Below, in pieces: positions 39,541 through 50,110 of a stretch of 64,000 nucleotides of DNA. The stretch spans positions 184,795-248,794 of the forward strand of contig CAVZJB010000006.1 of assembly GCA_963775425.1 (NCBI GenBank), in the 5' to 3' direction. The notes beneath the pieces were generated by a model. It saw only the letters and a program-made list of their open reading frames with translations. It had not been told where the DNA came from and did not search any database. This DNA is from an uncultured delta proteobacterium. Lineage in GTDB: Bacteria; Myxococcota; UBA727; VGSZ01. Each line of letters begins with the position of its first letter. Within the stretch, counting starts at the first letter, position 1. The translations under genes were made by a program, and so were the position numbers.

Positions 39541-39693
39541 CGGAAGCTCCAGCTCGAAAGGCCTGATGGATTATCGGTCACCGGGCAGCCTCGATGCCCC
39601 TCGCCCGTCCCTCGGACGATCGGCGGACCCCGGCGCAGGCGCATCGGCCCAGCTACGGATGTGGGATCCGGACACACCCGGCACGATTGACTG

Positions 39694-40713
39694 ATGTGTC
39701 AATCAATCGGTCCCGCCCCCCGGCCGCCGATCACGCGCGGCCGCTCCCTCCGGTCGCTGATCAGCGCCGCCGTCGCCGCGCTCGCCCTCGCCGCGTGTGG
39801 CCTGCCGCCGCCGGACGAGGAGGGCCTGCCGGAGCCGCCGGCGCCCGCGCTGCACGCCCGCGACGACGTCGGCGCGGGGGTGGCGATCCACGGGCGGGAC
39901 GGGACGGCCACCGGGACGGCGCCGCACGCGCAGGATCCGCGCGCGCCCGCCGATCTGACGGGCTGCGAGCACGTGCGCGTCGTCGACACCGGCGGCGTCA
40001 CCCTCAACGTGCGGCCCGATCCGTCGACGAGCGACGCCCCCGTGGGCCAGCTCGCCGAGGGCCAGGTCGTCGAGACCGTGGACATCGTCGACGGCGAAGC
40101 CGTGAGCGGCGTGACCACCTGGTACGAGATCGACACCGGCGCGCTCAGCGGCTTCGTCTCCGGCGCCTTCGCCGCGTGCGTCGACGCGAGCGCCCCGCCC
40201 GGCGTCCCCGCGTCGACGTACCTCCTGCCGCTCGCCTGCGGCGCCAGCAGGACGGTCACCCAGGGCAACAACACGAGCTTCAGTCACAACGGGAGCAACG
40301 CCTACGCGTTCGACTTCGGCCTCACCCTCAACACGCCGCTGCACGCGGTCCACGGCGGGACCGTGATCTACAAGGACACGTCGACGCAGCCGGGCGATCC
40401 CTGCTACTCGGGCGGCGGCTCGAGCTGCATCAACGAGGCGAACTACATCACCATCGACAACGGCGACGGCACCGACTCCCTGTACGCCCACATCAACTCG
40501 AGCGCGCTCCACGTGGGCGACCACGTCGAGCGCGGCGACGTCGTCGCGCTCTCCGGCGGCACCGGCTGGTCCACCGGCCCGCACGCGCACGTCATGCGGC
40601 AGAACCACTGCGGCATCTGGTTTTGTCAGTCCGTGCCCATGCACTTCGGCGACGTCGCCGGCGACGGCGTTCCCGTCGGCGGCGACGTCGTCACGTCGCA
40701 GAACTGCCCGTGA
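39694..40713 (+). CDS. Lipoprotein with SH3b-like domain and M23 peptidase (paralogue of 33963-34973)
   Basis: LAAC lipobox, TLNVRPD, HNGSNAYAFD, STGPHAH, same VVTSQNCP ending; start uncertain. Confidence 0.85.
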   Translation: MCQSIGPAPRPPITRGRSLRSLISAAVAALALAACGLPPPDEEGLPEPPAPALHARDDVGAGVAIHGRDGTATGTAPHAQDPRAPADLTGCEHVRVVDTGGVTLNVRPDPSTSDAPVGQLAEGQVVETVDIVDGEAVSGVTTWYEIDTGALSGFVSGAFAACVDASAPPGVPASTYLLPLACGASRTVTQGNNTSFSHNGSNAYAFDFGLTLNTPLHAVHGGTVIYKDTSTQPGDPCYSGGGSSCINEANYITIDNGDGTDSLYAHINSSALHVGDHVERGDVVALSGGTGWSTGPHAHVMRQNHCGIWFCQSVPMHFGDVAGDGVPVGGDVVTSQNCP

Positions 40714-40763
40714 GCGCGTGCGAGCGTTGACGCGCCGCGGTCCCGGGGCGCATCCTCCGCCGC

Positions 40764-41402
40764 ATGAACAATCCCGGGCCGCGCCCTGATCTGTCCCGTG
40801 GCCACGTCGAGGTCATCTGCGGCCCCATGTTCTCCGGCAAGACCGAGGAGCTCATCCGCCGGCTGCGCCGCGCGCAGATCGCCCGGCAGGGCGTGCTCGT
40901 CGTCAAGCCGCGCACCGACGACCGCTACGACAAGGACGACGTCGTCAGCCACAGCTCCCTGCGCATCCAGAGCCTCCCGCTCGACAGCAGCGCCGAGATC
41001 GAGCCCGCCGTGCGCGACGCCGGCGCCCGCGTCAGCGTCGTCGGCGTCGACGAGGCGCAGTTCTTCGACGAGGGCATCGTCGCGGTCGTCGAGAAGCTCG
41101 CCAACCGCGGCTTGCGCGTCGTCGTCGCCGGCCTCGATCAGGACTACCTCGGGCGCCCGTTCGGCCCCATGCCGCGCCTGTTGTGCACCGCCGACACCGT
41201 GACCAAGCAGCTCAGCGTGTGCATGGTCTGCGGCTCGCCCGCGTCCAAGTCGCAGCGCGTCCACCCCGACGCCGCCAAGCTCTCGCGGGCCGGGCCGAGC
41301 ACCACCGAGCAGGTGCTCGTCGGCGGCGGCGACGCCTACGAGGCCCGCTGCCGCTCGTGCTACGTCCAGGGCATCGACACCCCTTCGAGGCTCACCCGAT
41401 GA
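40764..41402 (+). CDS. tdk: Thymidine kinase
   Basis: GPMFSGKTEEL, VDEAQFF, VAGLDQD, CMVC, YEARCRSC. Confidence 0.96.
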   Translation: MNNPGPRPDLSRGHVEVICGPMFSGKTEELIRRLRRAQIARQGVLVVKPRTDDRYDKDDVVSHSSLRIQSLPLDSSAEIEPAVRDAGARVSVVGVDEAQFFDEGIVAVVEKLANRGLRVVVAGLDQDYLGRPFGPMPRLLCTADTVTKQLSVCMVCGSPASKSQRVHPDAAKLSRAGPSTTEQVLVGGGDAYEARCRSCYVQGIDTPSRLTR

Positions 41403-42199
41403 TCGACTCCGCCTACCAACACCTCGCCGCGCGCGAGGGAGAGCTGCAGCACGCCTACGGCGACCACGTCCACATCCTCGCCGAGCCCTTTCTGCTCACG
41501 CACCTCGCGTTTTTGTGCGCGCACGACACGCAGCAGCCGGCCATCAACCACGTCGTCAGGGACCTGTACCGCTACCTCATCAAGGCCGTGCTCAACGGCG
41601 AGTTTCCGCGCAAGCTGAAGAGCGTGCGCACACGCATGGGCGTCGACTGGACCGGCGAGGTGCTCGACACCGCGCAGCGCGCGGTCAGCGTCAACATCAT
41701 GCGCGCGGGGACGCTGCCGTCGCAGGTCTGCTACGACTTCTTGAACAAGACGCTCGATCCCAAGCTCGTGCGGCAGGACCACGTCGTCATGAGCCGCGTC
41801 ACCGACGAGGCCGGCCACGTCACCGGCTCCCGCTTCGGCGACAGCAAGATCGGCGGCGACGTCGACGGCGCCATGGTCCTCTTCCCCGACCCCATGGGCG
41901 CCACGGGCGGCTCGTTGTCCGAGGCCATCACGCACTACAAGGAGAAGGTCGAGGGACAGGCCAAGCGCTACGTCACCGTCAACCTCATCGTCACGCCCGA
42001 GTACCTGCGGCGTATGAAGGCGGATCACCCGGACGTGGTCGTGTACGCCGTGCGGCTCGACCGCGGCGCGTCGTCGCCGGAGGTGCTCGCCACCAGGCCG
42101 GGGACGCGCTGGGCCGAGGAGAGCGGGCTCACGGACAAGCAATACATCACCCCCGGCGGCGGCGGCTTCGGGGAGATCATGAACAACGCCTACTGCTAG
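41399..42199 (+). CDS. Uracil phosphoribosyltransferase-like protein
   Basis: VNIMRAG, PRPP-binding LFPDPMGATGGS, YITPGGGGFGE. Confidence 0.8.
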   Translation: MIDSAYQHLAAREGELQHAYGDHVHILAEPFLLTHLAFLCAHDTQQPAINHVVRDLYRYLIKAVLNGEFPRKLKSVRTRMGVDWTGEVLDTAQRAVSVNIMRAGTLPSQVCYDFLNKTLDPKLVRQDHVVMSRVTDEAGHVTGSRFGDSKIGGDVDGAMVLFPDPMGATGGSLSEAITHYKEKVEGQAKRYVTVNLIVTPEYLRRMKADHPDVVVYAVRLDRGASSPEVLATRPGTRWAEESGLTDKQYITPGGGGFGEIMNNAYC

Positions 42200-42206
42200 G
42201 AGCACG

Positions 42207-42743
42207 ATGTCGTTCTTCAACCAGGACAAGCTCGAGGTCATGCTCACGCGCGCGCAGATCGATCAGCGCGTGGCGGAGCTCGGCGCGGCCATCACCAAGG
42301 CCTACGAAGGCGTCGACGAGCTCGTCGTCATCGGCATCCTCAAGGGCAGCTTCGTGTTCCTCGCGGACCTCGTGCGCGCCGTGGACCTGCCGGTCACCGT
42401 GGACTTCATCGCGCTGTCCTCGTACGGCGACGCCACGGAGTCGTCGGGCGTGGTGCAGCTCACCCAGGACCTGTCGCGCCCCATCGCGCACAAGCACGTG
42501 CTCGTCGTCGAGGACATCGTCGACACCGGGCTGACCATGAAGTACCTCATCGAGAACCTGCAGACCCGGCACCCGGCGTCGTTGAAGCTGGCCTCGCTGC
42601 TCGAGAAGCCCAGCCGCAACAAGAGCGGCATCAAGGCCGACTTCCTCGGCTTCTCCATCGAGGACAAGTTCGTCGTCGGCTACGGCCTCGACTACGCGAG
42701 CAAGTACAGGAACCTCCCGTTCGTGGGCGTGATGAAGGCGTGA
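42207..42743 (+). CDS. hpt: Hypoxanthine phosphoribosyltransferase
   Basis: GILKGSFVFLADL, VLVVEDIVDTGLT, FVVGYGLDY. Confidence 0.96.
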   Translation: MSFFNQDKLEVMLTRAQIDQRVAELGAAITKAYEGVDELVVIGILKGSFVFLADLVRAVDLPVTVDFIALSSYGDATESSGVVQLTQDLSRPIAHKHVLVVEDIVDTGLTMKYLIENLQTRHPASLKLASLLEKPSRNKSGIKADFLGFSIEDKFVVGYGLDYASKYRNLPFVGVMKA

Positions 42744-42746
42744 GCG

Positions 42747-43946
42747 ATGGGGCGTAACGCGGACAAGCGCAAGGCCAAGAAGCACGGCGGCGGCGACGCC
42801 GCCGTCGTCGACGACGACGAGGACCAGCGCGCGGGCGACGGCGCCGACGCCCTCTTCGCGTCGGACGGGCCGCGATCGCTCGCGGGCGACCTCGACATCC
42901 CGAGCGGCCCCGTGGACGGCAGCCTCGCCAAGGCGCTGTTTCGCCTCACCTGCCTGCTGTCGGTGCGCGACGCCCACGGCGTGCCGGCGGAGAACCTCGC
43001 GCGCGTGGCGAGCGACATCGCCGCCATCGTCGAGGCCGACACCGTGAGCCTGCTCAAGCTCGAGCCGGGCGACGACATCATGCCCGCGCGTCTGGCGCTG
43101 CTCGGCTCGCACGGGCTCGCGCCCGTCGACGAGGGGCTCGTCACGTTCGAGCTCGGCGACGGCGTCGCCGGCCACGTGGCCATGACGGGCGCGCCCATGC
43201 GCATCGAGGACGCCCCGCGCGATCCGCGCTTTCACAGGTTGTACGGACAGCGCACGGAGATCGGCTCGCTGCTCGCCATCCCGCTGCGCTACCCGGCGTC
43301 GGGGCCCGGGCGCGTCCTGGGCGTGGTCACGGCGTCGCGCCGCGAGATCCGCGCGTTCTCCGACGGTGATCAGGATCGGCTCACCGCGGTGGCCGACAGC
43401 CTCGCCCAGGACTTCGAGCAGACGCGGCTGTTGTTCGACGCGGTCAACGACCCGCTCACCGGCCTCGGCAGCCGGCTGTCGCTCCTGGTGGCGCTGCCCC
43501 GGGAGGTCGAGATCGCGCGCCGCTACCGCACCGACCTGTCGCTGTTGATGTTCGACGTCGACGGGCTGCGTACGCTCAACGCGCACGGCCGCGGCCCCGG
43601 AGACCGCTTCCTCGTCGAGGCCGGCCGGCGGCTGCGCGGGTCGCTGCGCGCCGCGGATCTGGCGGTCCGCCTCGGCGCCGACGAGCTCGCCGTGCTGCTG
43701 CCCATGACCGCCGCCAACCCCGCCCGCGCCCTCGCCAAGCGGCTGGTGCGCGCGCTCCAGCAGCCGGTGCCGGGCCTCGAGGCGGACGCGCCCACCTGGT
43801 CCGTCGGCGTCGCCACCCTCGCGGTCGCCGACGAGGACGCCCTGGGGCTCCTGTGGCGTTGCGACGAGGCCGTGGCGGCCGCCAAGGGGCAGGGCGGCAA
43901 CACCATCGTCACCGCCCCGGTGAAGCGGCCCCCGCTCCCGGATTGA
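42747..43946 (+). CDS. GAF + GGDEF domain protein (degenerate GADEL motif)
   Basis: GAF (GDGVAGHV, DPRF, SLLAIPL); DPLTGL, MFDVD, RAAD...RLGADEL. Confidence 0.85.
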   Translation: MGRNADKRKAKKHGGGDAAVVDDDEDQRAGDGADALFASDGPRSLAGDLDIPSGPVDGSLAKALFRLTCLLSVRDAHGVPAENLARVASDIAAIVEADTVSLLKLEPGDDIMPARLALLGSHGLAPVDEGLVTFELGDGVAGHVAMTGAPMRIEDAPRDPRFHRLYGQRTEIGSLLAIPLRYPASGPGRVLGVVTASRREIRAFSDGDQDRLTAVADSLAQDFEQTRLLFDAVNDPLTGLGSRLSLLVALPREVEIARRYRTDLSLLMFDVDGLRTLNAHGRGPGDRFLVEAGRRLRGSLRAADLAVRLGADELAVLLPMTAANPARALAKRLVRALQQPVPGLEADAPTWSVGVATLAVADEDALGLLWRCDEAVAAAKGQGGNTIVTAPVKRPPLPD

Positions 43947-44057
43947 GTCCCGGTCGGGGCGCGCCGCCGGCCCGCCCGCTCGAGGGCCTCCCGCGGGCGA
44001 ACATCCGGAGCGCGGCGCGCTTTCGGTGCCACGGTGGATGATCTATGCATCCCCGAC

Positions 44058-47000
44058 GTGACCCGCCGGGAGCTGTACCAGGAAGGCGCGCGGCTGCCCG
44101 AGGAGCTGTCGCGGTTCTTGTTCCTCGAGCCGGTGCTCGCCGGCCGGCGCGTCCTCGAGGTCGGCGCCAGGAGCGACGCCGTCGCGCGGTTCCTCATCGA
44201 GATGGGCGCCGTGCGCGTGGTGTGTGCGTCCGAGGACAAGGATTCTGATCGAGACGCTGCGCGCGGAGAACGACCTCGACAAGGTCGACTTCCGCGTGGT
44301 GCGGCCGGGCGTCCTCCCCGGCGACGACGGGGCCTTCGACCTCGTCATCGACTTCACGCTGCCGGAGGCGCTGGCGTCCGGGCAGACCTTCCGGCTCACC
44401 GACGTCGGGCGGCTGCTCTCCGAGGACGGCTTCGCCGTCACCGCGCTCAAGAGCGAGGGCGCCCGCGGCCTGACCACGCTCCTCGGGGACAGCGGCCGCG
44501 CCGGCCCGGTGCTCGCCGGCACCCACGCCACCGCGGGCCTCGGCTCCGGGCCGGTCACCTATCGCGCCCTCGTCGAGGCGCTCAAGCTCCAGTTCGACCT
44601 CGTGCAGGTCTACTTCCAGAGCCTGCTGCTCGGGTACCTGTTCGGCTCGTTCGACGTCGAGCCCAAGGACGAGGGCATCGCGCCCAACACGGCGCTCATG
44701 GGGGCGGAGCCGGAGCCCGCGGGCCACTATCTGTTCGCCTTCGGCAACGCCATCCCGGTCATCGAGGACGTCGCCCTCGTGCAGGTCCCGTTCGCGGACC
44801 TCCTCGAGGTCATGGCGCACCCCGCCGCCGCCACCGTCCGCGCGTCCAGGCCCGCGGAGGAGATGCGCGTGGCGGTGCCCACCGCCGAGGGTCCCGCGGA
44901 GCCGGTGCCCGTCGTCGACATGCCCGCCAACGACGACAGCGAGCTGTTGCGGATGCAGCAGGAGCTCGACGTCCGCGAGCAGGCGCTCGTCCAGATCGCG
45001 GTGCGCATCGAGCGCCTCAAGAACGACGTCGACACGCTGGTGGCGGCGCTCGAGCGACGCACGGCGGAGAAGGAAGAGCTGGAGACCTTCGTCGAGGGGC
45101 TCGAGGCCGCCGTCGTCGGCCGCGACGCCATGATCAACGCCCTGCGCATGGACCTCGACGCCACCGCGCTTCGCCTGGCGGCGCTCGAAGCGAGCGCCGA
45201 CGCGGCGCGCGGGTCCGAGGACCGCGAGGCGGCGCTCGACGAGGTCGCCGTCGCGCTCGAGCAGCTCCGCGCCGAGCGCTCGGAGCTCGTCGAGCACATC
45301 GCCCGCGTGGAGGGTGAGCTCGTCACGGTGCAGAGCCGCGCGCGCGTCATCGAGGAGGCGCACGAGGTGAGCGCGCTCCGCACGGGTGAGCTCGAGGACG
45401 CGCTCGTGCAGCTCGAGTCGCAGCGCGAGCGGCTCGTCGGCGAGCTCGCCCGCGTGGAGGGCGAGCGCGTCGAGGAGCGCGAGCGGCTCCTCACCGAGAA
45501 GAACGCGGAGCGCCAGGCGCTCGAGGCCGCGCTCGACGAGCTGCGCCGGGAGGCGGCGCGCGCCAAGCGTGACGCGCAGGACAAGCAGTTCATCGAGGAG
45601 CGCGCCGGCGCCCTCGAGGAGAAGATCACCGAGGCCGCCGCCGCGCTCTCCGAGCTCGAGGACCGCCGCCGCGAGAGCCAGGAGCTCGCGCAGCAGGTGC
45701 AGCAGCTCGAGGAGCGGCTGCGCACCACCGAGGAGAACGCCACCGAGCGCGTGGAAGAGATTGTGATCCTCACGCGCAAGAAGGAGGAGCTCGAGGCGGA
45801 CGCCGCGCGGCTCGCCGAGGGCGTGAAGACGCTGGTGCGCGAGCGCGAGGACAACCGCACGCGCGCCGAGGACGCCGAGGCGCGCCTGGGGGCCCTCGTC
45901 GTCGAGCTCGACGCCGCGCGCGCGGAGCTCGATGCCACCACGGAGAAGGTCGCCGCGCTGTCCGCCGACGAAGACACGCGTGACAAACGGTTGAAGGCGG
46001 CCCACGCGGCCCTGGAGGAGGCGCGCCGCGAGCTGGCCGCCGCCCGGGAGGGCCTGCAGGACGTCGCCGGACAGCGCGACACGCTCAAGCAGGTGCTGGC
46101 CGCGCGCGAGCGCGAGCTCACCGACGTCAAGGACGAGCTGTTGTCGTCCACGAGCGAGATGCAGCGCCTGCGTGAGCAGGCCGACGCGCAGCAAAAGGCC
46201 GTGGCCGAGGCGCGCCACCGCCTGAGCGCCGTCGAGGTCGAACGCGCCGAGCAAAAGCGCCGCGAGGACGAGCTCGTGCGCGAGAAGGTCGAGCTCGCGC
46301 GGCGCTTCCAGGAGGCGTCGGCGGAGCTCGACGCGGCCCGCGGCCTCGTCGACGAGCGCGCCGCGTCCGAGGCCCGGCTCGCCACCGAGCTCGAGGATGC
46401 GCGCGCCCGCGCCGACGGCCTGCAGGCGCGGGTCGAGGCCGCCGAAGGGGACGCGCAGCGCGTGGTGCGCGAGCTCGAAGACGACGTCGCCCGGCGCTCC
46501 GCGGAGGCCGAGCGGGCCGAGCGCGAGCTCGCCGCCGCCGTCGACGCGCGCGCGCGCCTGGAGGAGGAGCTGCGCGCCGCGGAGGCGGAGCGCGCGCGCC
46601 TCGAGGGCGAGCTCGCGGCCACCGCCGACGCGTTCGCGCACCTCGAGCAGGACCTGCGCGCCGACACCGAGGCGCACGAGGCGGAGCTGGCGGCGGCGGT
46701 CGCGGAGCGCGCGCGCCTGGAGGGCGAGCTCGCCGCGGCCGGCGAGGCGTTCTCGCACCTCGAAGGGGAGCTCAAGGGCGCCGCGGAGGAGCGCGAGGGC
46801 GAGCTGCAAAAGGCGCTCTCCGAGCGCGACGCCCTCGCCGACGAAGTGGAGCGCGGCCGCTCCCTCCGGTCGCAATTGCGCACGCTCGAAGAGGAGAGCG
46901 CCCGAAGCGTGGCCGCCGCCGACGAGGAGCGCGCGCGTCTGCGCGGCGACGTCGCCGGCTGCGACGCGGAGATCGCCAGGCTGCGCGCGTCGCTCGACGA

Positions 47001-48852
47001 GGCGCGCGCCGAGATCGAGGGGCGCGGGCACGCGGCGTCCTCGCTCGGCGCCGAGCTCGACCAGGTGCGCAGCGCCCTCGTCGGCGCCGAGGCGGCGCTC
47101 CGCGACTCCGCCGAGACCGGCCGCGCGGCGCTCGACGCCGAGAAGGAGCGCGTCGACGATTTGAGCGCGCGCCTGTCCGCCGCCGAGCAGGCGCGCGAGG
47201 AGGCGCGCGCCGCCGCGGCCTCGCTCGAGGACGAGCGGGACGCGCTGCGGGTCACCGTCGCGGACCTCGAGGCGGAGCGAGAGGTGCTGCGCGCCGAGCA
47301 CGAGGCCGCCCGCGCCGACCTCGCCGCCGCGCGCGACGCGCACGGCGCCGTCGGCGAGGAGCTGGCCACGGCGTCCGCGCGCGCCGAGGAGCTCGCGGAG
47401 CGCCTCGACGTGGCGTCGGCGCAGGTGGCGCGCGCGGAGGAGGAGCTCGCCGCCGGGCGCGCCGCTCATGACGAGGACAAGCGGATCCACGAGGCGGAGC
47501 AGGCCCGCGCCGGGCTCCTCGCGGGCGCCCTCGACGAGGCGCAGGCCGCGCTGTCCCGCGAGTCCGCGAGCGTCGCGCTGTTGCGAGCGTCGCTCGGCGA
47601 GGCCCGCTCGCTGCTCGAGGTCGAGCGCGCGCGGGGCGATCTCTTCCACGAGGAGCTCGACGAGGCGCACGAGGCCCTCTCCAACGAGCGCGCGCGGGGC
47701 GACCTGTTCGCGACCACGCTGCACGAGGCGCACGCGTCGCTCGCCAGGGAGCGCGCGCGGGGCGACCTCTTTTCGTCTCAGCTCGACGAGGCGCGCACGT
47801 CGCTCGACCGCGACCGCGCCCGCGGCGACCTCTTCTTCTTCCAGCTCGAGGAGGCGCGCGCTTCGCTGGGCGACGAGCGCGCGCGGGGCGACTTGCTGAA
47901 GGCGGAGCTGGAAGAGGCCCAGGAGCACATCCACCTGCTGCGCGCCAAGGCGCGCGCCGCCACCGACGCCGTCGAGCGCGCCGCCGGCGAGCGCGGCGCG
48001 CGGGCGGCCCTCGCCGAGGAGGTGCTCGCCGAGGCGCAGGCGCGCCTGTCGCGCGAGAAGACGCGGGGCGACCTGTTGCAGGCGCAGCTCGACGAGGCGC
48101 AGGCCACGGCGTCGTCGGCGCTCGCCTACGCCACGCTCCTGAGCGGTGAGCTCGACGACGCGCGCCAGACCTTTCAGCAGCGCAGGGCATCGTACGAGGC
48201 GCTCGTCGAGTCAGAGCGCACGCGCGCGGCCGCCGCCCTCAACGACGCCGCGGCGGCGGCGGAGCGCGCCGAGCGCGTGGCCCGCGCCGTGGCCGAGGGC
48301 GAGGAGCGCATGCAGGACCAGCGCGCGTTCGCCGAGCACGAGGCCGAGCGGGCCCAGCGCGCGCAGGCGGAGCTGGCCGCGGCCGAGGAGCGCCTGCAGG
48401 CGGCGGGCGCGGCCATCGCCGGCCTCGAGGGCGAGCTCAAGGAGCACAAGGAGGCGCTCGCGGCTCACTCGGGCGAGCAGATGCTGGCCGACGCCGAGCG
48501 CGAGCGACTCCTGGCGACGGCGGCGTCGGCGGAGCGCGAGCGCGACGCTGTGCTCGGCGAGCTCGCGGCGCACCAGGCGCGCGTCAACGCCGAGATGACC
48601 CGTCGGGTTGCCGTGGAAGAAGAGATCGCGGCGCTCAAGATGGCGCACAACCAGGCGATGGCCGAGATGCAGCGCCTGAAGAGCGACGCTGGCAAGCCGT
48701 CCCCCGAGGTGGAGACCGAGCTGCGGGCGCTGCGCGAGCGCGTAGACGCGCTCGACCAGGCGGCGACGGCGAAGGACGCCAAGATCGCCGAGCAAGCAGA
48801 CCGCATCAATCGATTGACCGAGCGCCTCGTTCGGGAAGCTGGAATGGCCTGA
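44058..48852 (+). CDS. Methyltransferase-like N-terminal domain fused to very long coiled coil (one-base frameshift near 44244)
   Basis: GRRVLEVGA motif I in the first frame, GAFDLVI in the second frame, then about 1250 aa of E/A/R/L heptads. Confidence 0.75.
47623..47937 (+). repeat. Coding 63-bp (21-aa) repeat x5, ERARGDLF..LDEA
   Basis: Units start at 47623, 47686, 47749, 47812 and 47875. Confidence 0.85.
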
Positions 48853-48947
48853 CGGGCCAGTCCGCACGAGCGTCGCGTGGCGCATGCTTCCACGACGACA
48901 CAACCGATTTGACGTCGTAGATGGCGGAGCCGATGATGGCGACGTCG

Positions 48948-50108
48948 ATGTCGATCCTCGCACGCAAGCCTCTTCCGCTCTCGCGCCCGCACCTCGTGGG
49001 CAAAGAGAAGGCCTATGTCGAGGAGGCCATCGCCTCCGGTCGCCTGTCGGGTGACGGCCCATTCACCAAGAAGGTGAGCGCGCTCCTCGAGCACGATCTC
49101 CCCTCGAAGCACATCTTCCTCACCACCTCGTGCACGTCGGCGCTCGAGCTCGCGGCCATGCTGCTCCTGCCCGACATCCGTGACAACGAGCGCAACGAGG
49201 TGATCGTCCCGAGCTTCACCTTCGTCTCCACGGTGAACGCGTTCCTCATCCACGGCTTCTCACCCGTGTTCTGCGACGTCGATGTGGAAACCGGCAACGT
49301 GAGCGTCGATACCATCGCGCCGCACATCACCAAGCGCACCCGCGTCATCGCGCCCGTGCACTACGCGGGGGCTCCCTGCGACATGGCACCCATCGTCGAG
49401 CTGGCCGCGGAGCGCGGGGCGTCGGTCGTCGAGGACGCCGCCCAGGCGTTGTACGCCCGGCGCGACGGCAAGCACGCGGGCACCTTCGGCGACTTCGGGG
49501 CCTACAGCTTCCACGACACCAAGAACTTCGTCTGCGGTGAGGGCGGCGCGCTCTCCGTCAACAACGAGCAATATCTGGATCGCGCGGCCATCATTCGCGA
49601 GAAGGGAACCAACCGCGCGCAATTCCTGCTCGGCCAGGTGGACAAGTACACCTGGGTCGACGTCGGCAGCTCCTTCCTTCCCTCGGACATCCTCGCGGCG
49701 TTCCTGCTAGCGCAGCTCGAAGGACGTGACGAGATCCTCGCGCGCCGCAGCGTGCTCTTCCGCCGCTATCACGACGGTCTCGCGCCGCTCGTCGCGCAGG
49801 GCCTCTTGCGGGTTCCCGTGCTGCCGAGCGTCGTGGAGAGCAACTACCACCTCTTCTTCATCGTGGTCTCGAGCCTCGACGTGCGCGGGCGCTTGATGAA
49901 GCACCTGAACGAGCAAGGCATCGGGGCGGCGTTCCACTACCCCGCGCTCCACCGCACGCCCATGGGTGTGAAGCTCGGCGCGGGCGACGTGCACCTGCCG
50001 GGAGCCGAGGCCCTCAGCGACCGGTTGCTCCGCCTCCCCTTCTTCTGCGACATGGCTGACGACGACGTCGATCGCGTCGTCGACAGCATCGCGGCGTTCT
50101 ATCGCTGA
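48948..50108 (+). CDS. wecE: dTDP-4-amino-4,6-dideoxygalactose transaminase (DegT/DnrJ family)
   Basis: LTTSCTSALE, PSFTFVST, VEDAAQ, SFHDTKN, REKGTNR...GQVDKYTWVDVGSS; start could be 48921. Confidence 0.88.
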   Translation: MSILARKPLPLSRPHLVGKEKAYVEEAIASGRLSGDGPFTKKVSALLEHDLPSKHIFLTTSCTSALELAAMLLLPDIRDNERNEVIVPSFTFVSTVNAFLIHGFSPVFCDVDVETGNVSVDTIAPHITKRTRVIAPVHYAGAPCDMAPIVELAAERGASVVEDAAQALYARRDGKHAGTFGDFGAYSFHDTKNFVCGEGGALSVNNEQYLDRAAIIREKGTNRAQFLLGQVDKYTWVDVGSSFLPSDILAAFLLAQLEGRDEILARRSVLFRRYHDGLAPLVAQGLLRVPVLPSVVESNYHLFFIVVSSLDVRGRLMKHLNEQGIGAAFHYPALHRTPMGVKLGAGDVHLPGAEALSDRLLRLPFFCDMADDDVDRVVDSIAAFYR

Positions 50109-50110
50109 CC

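Noticed and set aside
44194-47934. Long antisense ORFs (1246 aa and 880 aa)
   Set aside because: Shadows of the GC-rich coiled-coil gene; the same applies to most long Arg/Pro-rich ORFs in the track.
44058-48852. SMC chromosome segregation protein
   Set aside because: No Walker A/B motifs or hinge domain seen.
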